Assembly: GCF_018977255.1 (NCBI RefSeq)
Contig: NW_024704742.1
Span: 124,064,001-124,128,000 of the forward strand
Source of the DNA: Callorhinchus milii
Lineage: Eukaryota
Length of the DNA: 64,000 nucleotides
Direction of reading: 5' to 3'
The position numbers were made by a program, and so were the translations under genes. Shown piece after piece: positions 12,244 to 23,397 of this stretch. Each line of letters begins with the position of its first letter. The first letter of the stretch is position 1. The notes under the pieces were generated by a model. It was not told the origin of the DNA. It searched no databases and worked only from the letters and a program-made list of their open reading frames with translations.

Positions 12244-12420
12244 GTTGAGCAGGAATTTATTTACTATGTTCATGATGACAGCGAGACTCTCTCAGACAAC
12301 TTCTCCATCATAGTCAACGATACAACTCTAAGAAAGCAGAGTCTGCTCAGGACTATTTTTGTCAATATTACTTCGCTGAATGACGAGGCTCCAGTCATAA
12401 CCACAAACAAAATATTTCAG
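12244..12420 (+). CDS. CSPG4: CSPG4-like exon (177 nt, phase 0-0)
   Basis: Acceptor ctattag|GTT, donor CAG|gtatgt. Encodes VEQEFIYYVHDDSETLSDNF...NDEAPVITTNKIFQ. Not in the ORF track. Confidence 0.93.
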
Positions 12421-13814
12421 GTATGTTGAGCAAGCTTCTTATATATTTTATTAACCACTTCAAGTGTATTTTAAGCACTCCGACATGCTACCTGTGGGGG
12501 GAACAATATAAATGCAAGTTGTTGTATTTTATAGGCAAATGCAGCACCCATTTGCTCCAGCAAAGTGTCACAAACAACCATAAGGTGAACTTCCTAGACA
12601 TTCCTTCCTTTTTACCTCACTATCTTTGTATGCTAATGGGCCATATGTGCTCATTTTACAAGATAAACAAATACAACAGCAAGCTACTTCCTTCAGTCTT
12701 TTTATTGAGTTATGCTGCCCTGTTGGATGGTCATTTGCAAAGCGAAACGATCTTAAGGATTACAGATCCACCAATATGAGGTACACTGTTAATAACTTCA
12801 TTCTTGGAAGAAATGCTTTTGTTTATAACAGTGCGACTTCCCATTTGATTGCAGTCTCTCTTTGGATGGTCTTTTTGTCACATATAATTCAACAAGATGA
12901 AATGAAACTATCAACAACAACAACAACTTGCACTTATATAGCGCCCTCCGCCCAGGGTAGTGCCTCAGAGCGCTTAACAGTGGCGGAGCGTGACTCTTTG
13001 AAATGGTAACAAGGCAAGTGATGCAAAAGACCAATTTTTTTTCAAAAATGGAAACCGTATATGCTTAACGAGTCCCTCAATAGAATCTAATTAAAACAAG
13101 CTTCTGATTTTTTTTAAAAAATCAATGCTTTTCAAATTTTAATTTTTTTTGCAGTAAGGGAGAAACTATATTCTGCTTGTTTTTCAAATAATTGTTCTTT
13201 CACTAATATGCAAGTTTTATAAGTGACTTCTGAAAAGTAACAAACATCTAATTAACTGCATGATGTTCTGAAGTCTGATTAAACTTCACATTTGTTTCCA
13301 TTCTGGCTACTTATAACTGAAACTAGACATTTTCCAGTTATAATACCACTCCATTACAGGAGCTGGGAAGTTGTAAAACTTATCGTCCTCTCCAGTGCCG
13401 GAAAATAAAGGTTTGTACAGGGCTTCCCCAATGACCGATGATAGAAATTTGGAAGGATAATGCTGTTTCTTCTAAGGGGTACTTCTCTCTTCCCCCTTCT
13501 CTGCGCCCGCCCTCCCATCCCACACCTATAGTATGTTAAAGAAGGTTGAAATTTTATCAAACGTATAACCTAAAGAAAATCCCAACAAGGTAAGCAAAAG
13601 TTTGGATTGGACCTTTTTGTCCTGAAAGTTGTGTTTCATTCCATCAAAAATTTTAAACCTAATATTCAAATTGGTCCTTGACCATATTTCGGGCACTATC
13701 TGTGTCCTTAATTTCATACTTGGCTGGAAATTGAATCTCAAATTTCCCTTACTCTGTGGTTTCCCTTTTGCTGTTATGGGATTTCTGACCTACAGGTGCA
13801 AGTGATCCAGACGC

Positions 13815-14130
13815 GGAGTCCTGTAGCTCAGTGGTTAGAGCACTCGCTTTGCAAGCGAGAGACCTGAGTTCAATTCCAGGCAGTGCGAAACCTTGGGCAA
13901 GTTTCCTTACTCCACACGCCTAATAATAATCCCTCCAAAACCAAAGACAATAATAAATTGGTCATTTTCAATCTACGACTGTTTGTGGGACATTGCTGTG
14001 CGCAATTGGCTGCCGCGTTCGCCCACAAATATACAGTCAATTCACTTTACAGTGTGTTTTGTGAAGCGCTTTGGGACGTCCTCTCGACGTGAAAAGCGCT
14101 ATATCAAATGCAAGGATTATTATTATTATT
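13815..14130 (+). mobile_element. tRNA(Ala)-derived SINE, full length, young subfamily
   Basis: Head GGAGTCCTGTAGCTCAGTGGTTAGAGCACTCGCTTTGCAAGCGAG...GAGTTCAATTCC (A box, TGC anticodon loop, B box), Deu-like body, L2-like hairpin, (ATT)n tail. Confidence 0.92.
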
Positions 14131-14254
14131 AACTCAGCACAAATTTCCCTAATTATGCTGTAAGACATTCTGCTTTTAAGTGGTGAATATCTAACCTTAA
14201 ATGCACAATGATTTAATGTGATTTACTGTGCAGCTTTAATGTCATTTTATTCAG

Positions 14255-14453
14255 GTATGGGTTGGTTCAGTCACGGAAATAACAAAGGACGATCTGAATG
14301 CGGACGATAAAGACTCCTCTCCACAAGAGCTGGTATATTCTGTCACTCCTCCTAGCAATGGGCAGCTTGCTCTAAAGTCATCACCAAACAAGCAAATCTT
14401 CAACTTCACCCAGGAACATATAAATAATGAACAGCTTGTCTTTGTACATGCTG
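14255..14453 (+). CDS. CSPG4: CSPG4-like exon (199 nt, phase 0-1)
   Basis: Acceptor ttattcag|GTA, donor G|gtaagt. Encodes VWVGSVTEITKDDLNADDKDSSPQELVY...FTQEHINNEQLVFVHA. Confidence 0.93.
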
Positions 14454-14718
14454 GTAAGTGCTCTTTTGTTCAGATGCAAATTACTGTACACATTTTGAAA
14501 TGTGGAAGGAATTTAATGGAACTTATAGTTTCAGGGAATGGTAAATAATAAGACTAATAATTCTTGCATTTGATACAGTGCCTTATCATGTCTTGGAGAC
14601 ATCTTAAAGTGCTTCACAGAATGTACTGCAAAGTAATTGACTATTTTTTGTGAGTGAACTTGATGCGTTTCCACTATTATTCTAATCGATTAAGTATTTA
14701 CAGGGATCCATAGAGGAT

Positions 14719-15106
14719 GGAGTCCTATAGCTCAATAGTTAGAGCACTCACCTCACAAGTGAGAGACCTGGGTTCGATTCCTGGCAGGACGAAATGTTGG
14801 ACAAATTTCCTTACACCACATGCAACGACAACAACAACACGCCTCTGTTTATCTAGCATTAAGTAGGAACCCGGTTGTTAGTTGATTGGTGGATCACTTT
14901 TCCGGGGTAATAATTCCTTCAAAAAAAAANTAATAAATTGGTCACTTCAATCCATGACTGTTTGTGAGACACTGCTGTGTGCAATTGGTTGCCGTGTTTC
15001 GCCCACAAAATATACAGTCAATTAACTTTACAGTATATTCTGTGAAGCGTTTTGAGACTTCTCAAAGACCTGATAAGACGCTATATCAAATGTAAGGTTT
15101 ATTATA
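14719..15106 (+). mobile_element. tRNA-derived SINE, longer and older subfamily
   Basis: Same head and body as 13815 plus a ~60 bp internal segment (CTGTTTA...TCCGGGG). More diverged. Confidence 0.87.
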
Positions 15107-15150
15107 AATAAACCACGTAGACAGGAGGAAGGCAGATCATCTTTGTTATC

Positions 15151-15294
15151 AGTAGAATTCACCAAGTATTGGATTGTTCACCCACTAATAAGGATTATTA
15201 TATTATAATAGGGAACTTGTGCTGGGATTAGATCGTCATGAGACAGATTAGTTTTACCCTACTGTTGATGTGTTGTTGCAATGGTAATGCTGCT
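15151..15294 (+). pseudogene. 28S rRNA fragment (domain V region), degenerate, with a 20-bp insertion
   Basis: AGAATTCACCAAG.ATTGGATTGTTCACCCACTAATA[ins]GGGAAC..GCTGGG.TTAGA.CGTC.TGAGACAG.TTAGTTTTACCCTACTG.TGATGTGTTGTTGC.ATGGTAAT matches the conserved eukaryotic LSU rRNA 3' region. Confidence 0.88.
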
Positions 15295-15339
15295 ATAAAG
15301 TGATGGAAGTCTACTCACCAATAATTTGTCTCCATTGAT

Positions 15340-16590
15340 TTATCATTTGGACAGGTTTTCTGGTCCTTTAGTATCTTTCATTGGATTTCTATCCATCTAT
15401 TTAAAGACAGGCTCTTTGTCTCCGTTTCGTAGATTAACATCTAAACTTTCCTCAGTTTGTTGTGGAAACTGTTGGAGCATATATCACAATTGGTTATACA
15501 CTTGACAAGACTTGCCTCACCTTCATCACATTTTTCATTGGAAAACTTTTATATCCCAGCTATGTGGAACATGCTTCGTTCAATCCTCCTTGGGCGCAAT
15601 CCCTAATTGTTCTCATTGTTTGATTGATAACCGTTTGTGCAGAATCTTTCTCTCATGCTGACCCATAATACCTCATTGACTGCTTTTCTTTTCACCAGTT
15701 CCTCAGCTCCCCATAGGCTATCTTGACTCATTCTTCACACTTCTGGCTTTTCCTTTTCCATCTCAGCTAATAATAATAATAATCCTTGCATGTGATATTG
15801 CGCCTTATCACTTCGTTGAGACGTCTCTCAAAACGCTTCACCGAATATACTGTAAAGTGAATTACTGTATATTTTGTGGGTGAAACTCGGCAGCTGTGTC
15901 TCATAAACAGTCGTGTATTGGGTAGACTTTCCGACAAAATGAATATCAAACCCAGAGACTTACACAATTTTTTTTCAATAACTCCCACTTACTGCTGACA
16001 GATTTGCACTTATATAACGCCTTTCACACAGAGTAATATCTCGGAGCACTTCAACCTTACTATCTATCTTTTTTATCTGTTCCGATGAATTGACTTCCTG
16101 CACAAAAAATTATGAAATGGTATCCTTTATCTTTGACCAAGGATTTCCCTCACCTCTGGTCCTTAATGATCGGTTACCATTGCCCATGCCTCCGCTCATT
16201 CTTTCTCCCCTGTGCACGAAAACAGACCTCATCTTGTTGTCACTTTCCATCTCCACAACCTTCTCATGTGCCAGATTATCTTCCATTTCTGGCGCCTATA
16301 ATATCGCTCAAGCACCAGGACCATCTTCTTTATATTGGAGGAAACAAATTGAGATTGGTTGGCTGTGGAACGTCTTTGCTCTGTCCAAAGGCCTGATATT
16401 GACTTCCTTGTGGCCCACTAGTTGAAATCCTCCTCCCACTTTAATCTTCTTATCTCGTGGCATCTATTATTGCTCCAACTCAACACAAACTTTTTTTTTG
16501 CTTTTGCCAGTACTTCACCTAAAGGTTTGTTGATAATCTATTGTGATGTGCGCTCCAGCTGTTTTCACAACAAACTAACCACCTCTCTAA
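15340..16590 (+). mobile_element. Degenerate Penelope-like retroelement remnant, interrupted by SINE (15768-15910) and L2 (~16000-16050) tails
   Basis: Pyrimidine-rich decayed coding-like sequence (CCCAGCTATG...TGGAACA, TATATTGGAG...AAA) resembling chondrichthyan Penelope RT/GIY-YIG as recalled. No intact ORF. Confidence 0.5.
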
Positions 16591-17969
16591 GTTACTTTTT
16601 AACTTAAGATATTTCACATCATTGGGCACTTAGGGGTTGAAATTCCACAGTTTGGGCGTTGGGATATGCTTAAAGTAGTGAATGCCATTTTAAACCCATG
16701 TCCATTTAATGCCAAAGTAAATAATTTCACCACTGGCAGAACTTCTCCCCATTTGTTCCATAATATTGTACCTTTTATTGTTTCCAGAACCCACCACAAC
16801 ACACCTAATTAATGTCTTGAAACCCATTTTCTACCACAAGGTGGAGCTCCATATACATGGTTTGCCAAGGCATTAATGCCTGTAAAATGGTGCTGAGTAA
16901 TGCAGTGCAGGCAAAATCTAAAATGCCTGAGGATTCATTTGTTGTCAAGTGCTGAAAGAGATAACTACCGAAAACCCGTTCAACTCTTTCTGATCCCATA
17001 AATTGTGGAGGAAGCTTTATTGTAGCTCTGCCATTGAAGCAAATCGATGCTATCCTAGCAAATGCAGATTGCATTGAGGCATGCTTTGATTAATCGTAGG
17101 ATATATTCTGTTGACAACTGGACATTCTCATTCAAATCTGTGGATTACGTTTACAGGCATTTGTTTATGAGCACATTATTGCAAAGCTAAATAGCACCAA
17201 AGGAGACTTATCTTGCTTTCAATTTATGCGTCTTGTGTATAAATCAGCTGTTGAGCATGCGCTGTTGTGATGTGAGTTTTTATTGAAAAAGAGGCATTTG
17301 CATAGGCATTGATTATTTGGCATTTTGTTTCTAATTTAGAAATTGTTTTTTCTTCATAAAAGAATGGACAGAGATTGTGTCTTGCAGCCAGCGTTCCTAG
17401 CCACTGGTAGATTAGATAAGCAAAATATAATTTGCAAAAGGTGTGGCGTTCATCCATTTATTTTGCAGTTATCTCTCAGTGCTCCTGAACCAGTTAAAAT
17501 TATCTTGCACAATTTGAATAGATTTGCATAACCACCTGCTGATCCCACAGAATAGATCTGAATGTAAAGGACTAAAGCACCAATTTTACACCATCATGTG
17601 ATGCAAGCCTGTGGTTAGACATGGACTTCAGTACTTCTAAAGGACATGGACAGTCACTGAGAAGGGTTTGATAAAGGGGATGGATTGCTCATCATGGGAT
17701 GTTCTTGTTAAGAGGTTTCCACAATGTGACACACTGCGGATTAAAATAAGAAATTGTTCAAAAACTGTTCTTTATAACTGTATTTAGGACTAACTTTGCT
17801 AGTCTTATTGATGTGAAACCTTGGGTTAATTCAGGCAAATGTCATTCTTCCATGACACCAATACATTTGCAAATATAAAACGTTTAGAAGTTTTAAACTT
17901 CATTCATATTTGCATTTTGAGTACAAATCCTTCATTGCTACTACACATCAATTTTTTTTGGGGGGGTTC

Positions 17970-18212
17970 AGCCATTGACACAGTCTGATACATGCAGAAA
18001 CCCATCACCATGCTTAAGAGTATCCAAAACAAACTGAGATTTCAATGCTTCCCACCTACAATATGGAAATCCCAAAAATTGTTGGAATGGAATGCACACT
18101 CTCCTGGAGAGACGCATCCTGCTTACCTAATTGCAGAAAGTATTAGGCTCAGGTTGGCAAGAGTCAAGGATTGGGGACCCCAGAGTGCGTTAGAGTGGAG
18201 TCTAACAGTAAA
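17970..18212 (+). repeat. Unclassified dispersed repeat (~250 bp)
   Basis: CATGCAGAAACCCATCACCATGCTTAAG...CCCACCTACA...GCTTACCTAATT...GGAGTCTAAC recurs at 52780-53035, with partial copies at 38380-38480, 48355-48420 and 53985-54045 (-). Confidence 0.8.
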
Positions 18213-18441
18213 AACTGCATAGCTTGCTAATAATGTATGTCAGCCTGGCACAGTCGTAGCACTCTCACCTCGATGTCAGGGCTTCTCTTAGAACTTCCTC
18301 CCTGCTTTCTCTCCTTCCTGGACATTACCACCTCTGCTAGAGCCTGGGAATGCTTTGCCGGGCTCAATGGCTTCTGTTATTTTACCAATTTTAATTCACT
18401 TTGGATCTTTAAAGCAACAGAAAGTCCTGAAACAGTCATTT

Positions 18442-18800
18442 CATAATAATAATCCTTACATTTGATATAGCGCCTTATCACGTCTTTGAGACGTCTCAAA
18501 GCGCTTCACAAAATATACTGTAAAGTGAATTGACTGTATATTTTGTGAGCGAAATGCGGCAGCCAATTGCTCACAGCAGTGTCCCACAAAACAGTCCTGG
18601 ATGAGTGACCAAATTATTATTAATATTTTGAAGGGATTATTACTGCCGTCAAAGCGATCTGTCAATCAAATAATATCCAGGTTCCTATTTACTGCTAGGT
18701 AAACCGAGGCGTGTGGAGTAAGGAAACTTGCCCAATGTTTCACCCTGCCAGTCCTCTTGCTTGCAAGTCGAGTGCTCTTAACTGCTAAACTATAAGACCA
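18442..18800 (-). mobile_element. tRNA/Deu-L2 SINE, long subfamily
   Basis: Reverse complement of the 14719-type element. Confidence 0.85.
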
Positions 18801-19380
18801 CACGTGGGATTTTGAAATGAGATTGAAGCTCAAAAGGTGAAAGGAGATTGAGGGATTGTTCTAAGAGGTGAATTAACTGCCCTGGATCACTGTACCACCA
18901 AGTCCCTGTGTTTGTTCTTGAAATAACCATGAGCGATAAAATAAGCTACAATAACTGAAAGGAGAGGATATTATTTAATTCATCTGTGGTTTTCCTCATA
19001 GTGTAAGTATTTTGTATATTTTTGTTTCTTTATTAAAGAGGAGTCTTCCCACGAGTACCTGCTTTTATAAACAAACTCTGTGCAACTTCAACTTGATTTT
19101 TTTAAGCTTTATTTCAAAAGATTGAGCCTTAATAGTACAGTGTCATTGAACACTAATTTCAACAGCATAAGAATTAATAAGACCCAATACCATGTGTACT
19201 CAGAGTATTTCAGTTGCATGCATGTTAATTCGTCTTCCCTCATATAGACCTGGTTTAGAAAAAAACATATCTTAATTGTTTTAACTTTTTTAAAAAAAGT
19301 TTCTTTACAGTATGATGCTTTTCTGCGCCTGGTTTATGCCCAGTTGAAAGATACTGAATATGTCCATTGTATTTTTGTAG

Positions 19381-19512
19381 GGGCCATGTCAGGAGGATTT
19401 AACTTTCAGGTTACGGATGGACTGAATTTTGCTCCTCGGCAGATCTTCAGCATCACTGCAAGAGCCCTAGTCCTGAGTATCGAGACAAGTCAAGGTTTTG
19501 GTGTCTTTCCAG
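19381..19512 (+). CDS. CSPG4: CSPG4-like exon (132 nt, phase 1-1)
   Basis: Acceptor tttttgtag|GG, donor G|gtaacg. Encodes (G)AMSGGFNFQVTDGLNFAPRQIFSITAR...VFP. Confidence 0.92.
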
Positions 19513-19666
19513 GTAACGTAGTGGTTCTTTAGTTTTTCAATGAGAATTTTTTTTCTTAAAAGTGCTTGACATATGACGCAATCCAGCTACATTAACAAGT
19601 TGAATTCTCATAGAAGTCCCTACGTTTGTTTACATTTTGTCTATTGCTTCTTGAACTAACCATAAA

Positions 19667-20545
19667 TTGTACAGATGCAAGGCCAATAGAGTCGTGATAA
19701 TGGGGGACTTTAATTATCCTAACGTAGACTGGCAAAACAACAGCGCAAAGGGGAAGGAGGGGGAAAGATTTCTAAAATGCATACAGGACAACTTTCTTGT
19801 CAGTACATTTCCAGCCCAACAAGGAAGGAAGCAGTGCTGGATCTTGTTCTGGGGAATGAAGTAGGGCAAGTGGAGCAGGTTTCAGTGGGAGAGCATCTGG
19901 GCAATAGTGATCACAACATCATTAGATTCAGAGTGCATATGAAAAGGGACAAGGAACCATCAGAGGTAAAGATACTCAACTGGAAGAGGGCTAATTTCAG
20001 TGAGTTAAGGGGGTACCTGGCCAAGGCGGACTGGAAAGAAAGATTGGCAGGTAAAACAACTATAGAGCAGTGGGAAGTCTTCAAGGATGAGATAGCTCGG
20101 GGACAGAACAAATACATTCCCACAAAAGAGAAAAGTAGGGCATCAAAACCTCCCTGGATGACGAAGGTAATTGTGTCCAGAATGAAGCAGAAAAAGGAGA
20201 CGTATAACAAATGTCAAACCCAAGATACAGAAGACAACCAAATAGAATATAGGAAGTACAGAAGAGAACTGAAAAAGGAAATAAGAGGGGCAAAAAGATT
20301 ATATGAAAAAAGGTTAGCAGGTAACATTAAAGGGAATCGTAAAATATTTAACAAACATATCAGGAAAAAAAGGTTAGTCAAAGGTAGGGTGGGGCCAATT
20401 AAGAACCAAGGTGGAAATCGTATTGTGGAGGCAGAGGGCATGGCTGATGTACTGAATGAGTACTTTGCATCTGTCTTCACAAAAAAGGTGGATGCACCAA
20501 ATGCCGCAGTATCGGAGGAGAGGGTAGAGGAAATGGATAGGACAT
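19667..20545 (+). mobile_element. CR1 LINE ORF2 internal fragment (APE endonuclease C-terminal part and linker)
   Basis: Motifs VIMGDFNYPNVDW, PTRKEAVLDLVLGNE, LGNSDHNIIRF, PPWMT, LNEYFASVFT; one frameshift. Confidence 0.9.
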
Positions 20546-21050
20546 GTATGCATCAATTTCCTTTAAATACATTAGTAATTTCAGCTTCACCCATAGCTTC
20601 TGCCAGTGAGTTCCACATTCTCTGTGTAAAGACATTCCTCCTAAACTCCCATTTAGATCTGCTGCTAGCTACCTTAAATTTATGCCCCTTTCCATCAAGT
20701 GGAAACAACTTATTGATGCTCACCTTATCAAATCCTTTAAAGACCGCTACCAGATCCCTTCTTAATTACTTCATCGCTAGAAAGAAAGAGGTCTTATTTG
20801 GTATCGTGTGCATATCTTCTCAATCCATTGAACAATGTCCTTTCTCTAGTATGGTGACCAGAACGAGACATGGAACTCCAAATGTAGTCCAACCAGGGTT
20901 ATCTTATATATAAAAATAACAAAAAAAAATTTCCATTGTTTTTGTACTCCATTCTTCTGGTCATAAAGTCATTTGTAATTTTGCATTTCTGCTACTTTTA
21001 GTCTTCTAAATTTAAATCCACAAATCTCTTTGCTCCTCTACCCCTCTTAA
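20546..21050 (-). mobile_element. Old CR1 3' fragment
   Basis: GAGTTCCACATTCTC...CCTAAACTCCC...TTATGCCCC...ACTCCAAATGTAGTCCAACCAGGG resembles the antisense CR1 3' region at 1951-2750. Confidence 0.65.
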
Positions 21051-21482
21051 GTTGCAAACACTAATGTTGTGCCATTTTGGAAGATTTTTACTTTTATGAT
21101 AGTGGTGCTGGAAGCTATGGCTGATTGTGTTAAACAACATGATGAACACTCAGCCTCACATTTACAGGAAAAAGATAGCTCCAATCAGAAAGCCAGCTAG
21201 CTGTTTGCCAGTAAAATCAGCATCAATCTCACTTCAAACATAGTGCAGTGACCTTTTGGAATAACAGTGTATATACTTTTGATCATTGTGAACAAAATAT
21301 GTTCTTACTTCTTCTGGGAGAGAGCAAAAAATGTAACCCCTCCTTGAGGAGATGGCATCAATGCAGAGCCCAACGGAAATTCACTGATTAATGCTCTAAC
21401 ACCCTTGTGTTATTTAGAGGTGGAGGGAGGGGGTCAAGCAAATGGGATCCTTCCTTAGGCTTGGATTTCTCTCCAAGGAACC

Positions 21483-21765
21483 CAACAACAACAACAAAGT
21501 TACATTTGTAAAGCGTCTTTCACGTCGGGAGGACATCCGAAGGCGCTGGACAGACAAGAGCTTTGGACCCGAGCTGGGGGGTGAAGGGCAGCGAGGGAAG
21601 CAGGAGATCGAAAGCATGGTTGAAGAGGAGGGTTTTGAGATGAGTCTTGAAGGAGGCAAGGAAGGACGCGGGGCGGAGCGACAGCGGGATGGAGTTCCAG
21701 AGGGTGGGGGCAGAGTGGCAGAAGGCCCTCTCGACAATAGTGGGGCGAGTGATGCGGGGGATGTT
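21483..21765 (-). mobile_element. L2 3' fragment
   Basis: (CAA)n followed by the reverse-complement L2 hairpin and 3' ORF2 end. Confidence 0.85.
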
Positions 21766-21957
21766 CCAGCTGGACTGGCATCATGCCAAGTGAAACATTA
21801 ATCATAATCTAAAAATTGTACTGACTCCTATTTGGCCAACTGAGATAAGCAGCTTCCTTCTGTGGGAAATCAGGGCTACAAACCACTATGTTGTAATACA
21901 TCAGAGCTTCTGCATTGTGCTTCCCCTTTCCTTTTTATCTTTATTCATTTTCATTTA

Positions 21958-22761
21958 CAGCGAACTGCTTTCCCTCACAATTATGTGAAATGCCATTATT
22001 TAGAAATGTATTAAATTGATTGTGAAATTAATTTTGCTGTAGCCAGTTCTTCAAAATTAAGCTGTTTTTGGGGAAGAATTTTCAGATGCACCACATGTCA
22101 TTTCATTTTTCCAAACGATAATTTGTATTTGTATACAGAACAAATGACTCTCAGTCAGCCTTAGTGTGTCATTGGCTTTAAAAGTTGAGTGGTTTGCTGG
22201 GGAATATCATGTAGCAGCATTTTGTAATGAAATGGGGGTGGGGGGGAATTGCTATTGTGGTAATGTAAAGCAGACAAGCTTGTAGCTCACAACCATGTTT
22301 TTTAAAAATAAATGTAATTTTGCCAATAAACAGCAATACGACTGGCATGCGGACTGTTTAATCAAACACACATCAGTCCAGACCTCTTTCTTGTCTGCTA
22401 CTACAGTACAAATTGATGTGTTTTTCTTTTTAACATTGCATAAGATCTTTCTGCAGCAGACATAGGGTTAGAGCGGTCAACTTCATAGTTTCCACAGCAA
22501 GCAACTCCAGACATGAACTTTCCTGAAAAAGTCTTTCTTGAAACTAATAATGTCTCTTTCCGCTCTTTTAAATTTCCTGTTTAACAAGCTCTACATGTTC
22601 GCTGGGTTTACAGACTGAAAATCTGTTCAACCTGAACCACATTTTCTGAACAATACCCAAATTGCACACTGAGTTTATGCAGCTACAGCAAAATTAATTT
22701 CATAACATTCATTTCTAAATAATGGCATTTTTGCAATATTGTGAGGGAATGCGGTTTGCTA
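21958..22761. mobile_element. Non-autonomous DNA transposon with ~85-bp TIRs (Tc1/mariner-pogo-like, TA-flanked)
   Basis: 21954-22043 is the imperfect reverse complement of 22682-22765. Ends read TA|CAG...CTA|TA. Confidence 0.75.
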
Positions 22762-23129
22762 TAAAACACTTAATTGTTGCCCGCTCTATGTACTTGTTCC
22801 AGTCATTCAAACATATGGAACCAGATTGGTTCTCTTTTTTTTTCCTAAGAGAACTAATTTAAAAATTTCATTGCAATAGTAAATGAAGCATTTAGATATA
22901 CAGTTTCTAATGTAATGTAGCCTAGAGCACTGCAGGTGTGCTTGCACTTTCCTGGAAAATTTTACATGCTGAAGTGATTTTTTTTAATGTAACTGCAATT
23001 CAAGAGCTTGAAATAAATCTTTAAAAGGCCTTTAGATAGATACTAGAAGAGGAGAATTATTAAAAAGCACAAGAGAAAGCAGAAGATTGCAATACATTTG
23101 ATAGCTCATGGAGAAAAATACAAGCACAG

Positions 23130-23397
23130 ATTCAATGGCCCAAATGGCCTGTTTATGTGTTATACCTTTAAAACTGAGGACTTAGTCCTCTACTTCGCCC
23201 CCCCCTTGTCTCCTTCAAGATCCGTCTCAAGACCCTCCTCTTCGACTGTGCCTTTGGCCACCCTCCTACCCCTGCCCTCCCTCCACCCCTCCTGATTCCA
23301 ACCACCAGCTCGGATGCGGATCCCTGACTATCCTGCGCCATGGGACGTCCTCCTGACTCGAAAGGCGCTGTACAAATGTAATTTGTGGTTATTGTTA
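23130..23397 (+). mobile_element. L2 3' fragment
   Basis: TTCAAG..CCGTCTCAAGACCCTCCTCTTCGAC followed by the tail hairpin. Confidence 0.8.

Noticed and set aside
13815..13890. tRNA-Ala(TGC) gene
   Set aside because: It has A/B boxes and an anticodon arm but no acceptor-stem pairing. It continues into a SINE body and tail and is repeated many times.
14930..14930. Ambiguous base n
   Set aside because: Assembly uncertainty at the end of a poly-A run inside a SINE; not biological.
16614..17074. Minus-strand ORF pair as a nested gene or pseudogene
   Set aside because: No recognisable motif or convincing splice sites. A tBLASTx search would be needed.
19777..20913. 378-aa ORF as an intact gene
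   Set aside because: CR1 ORF2 fragment reading through into antisense CR1 debris, with no RT domain.
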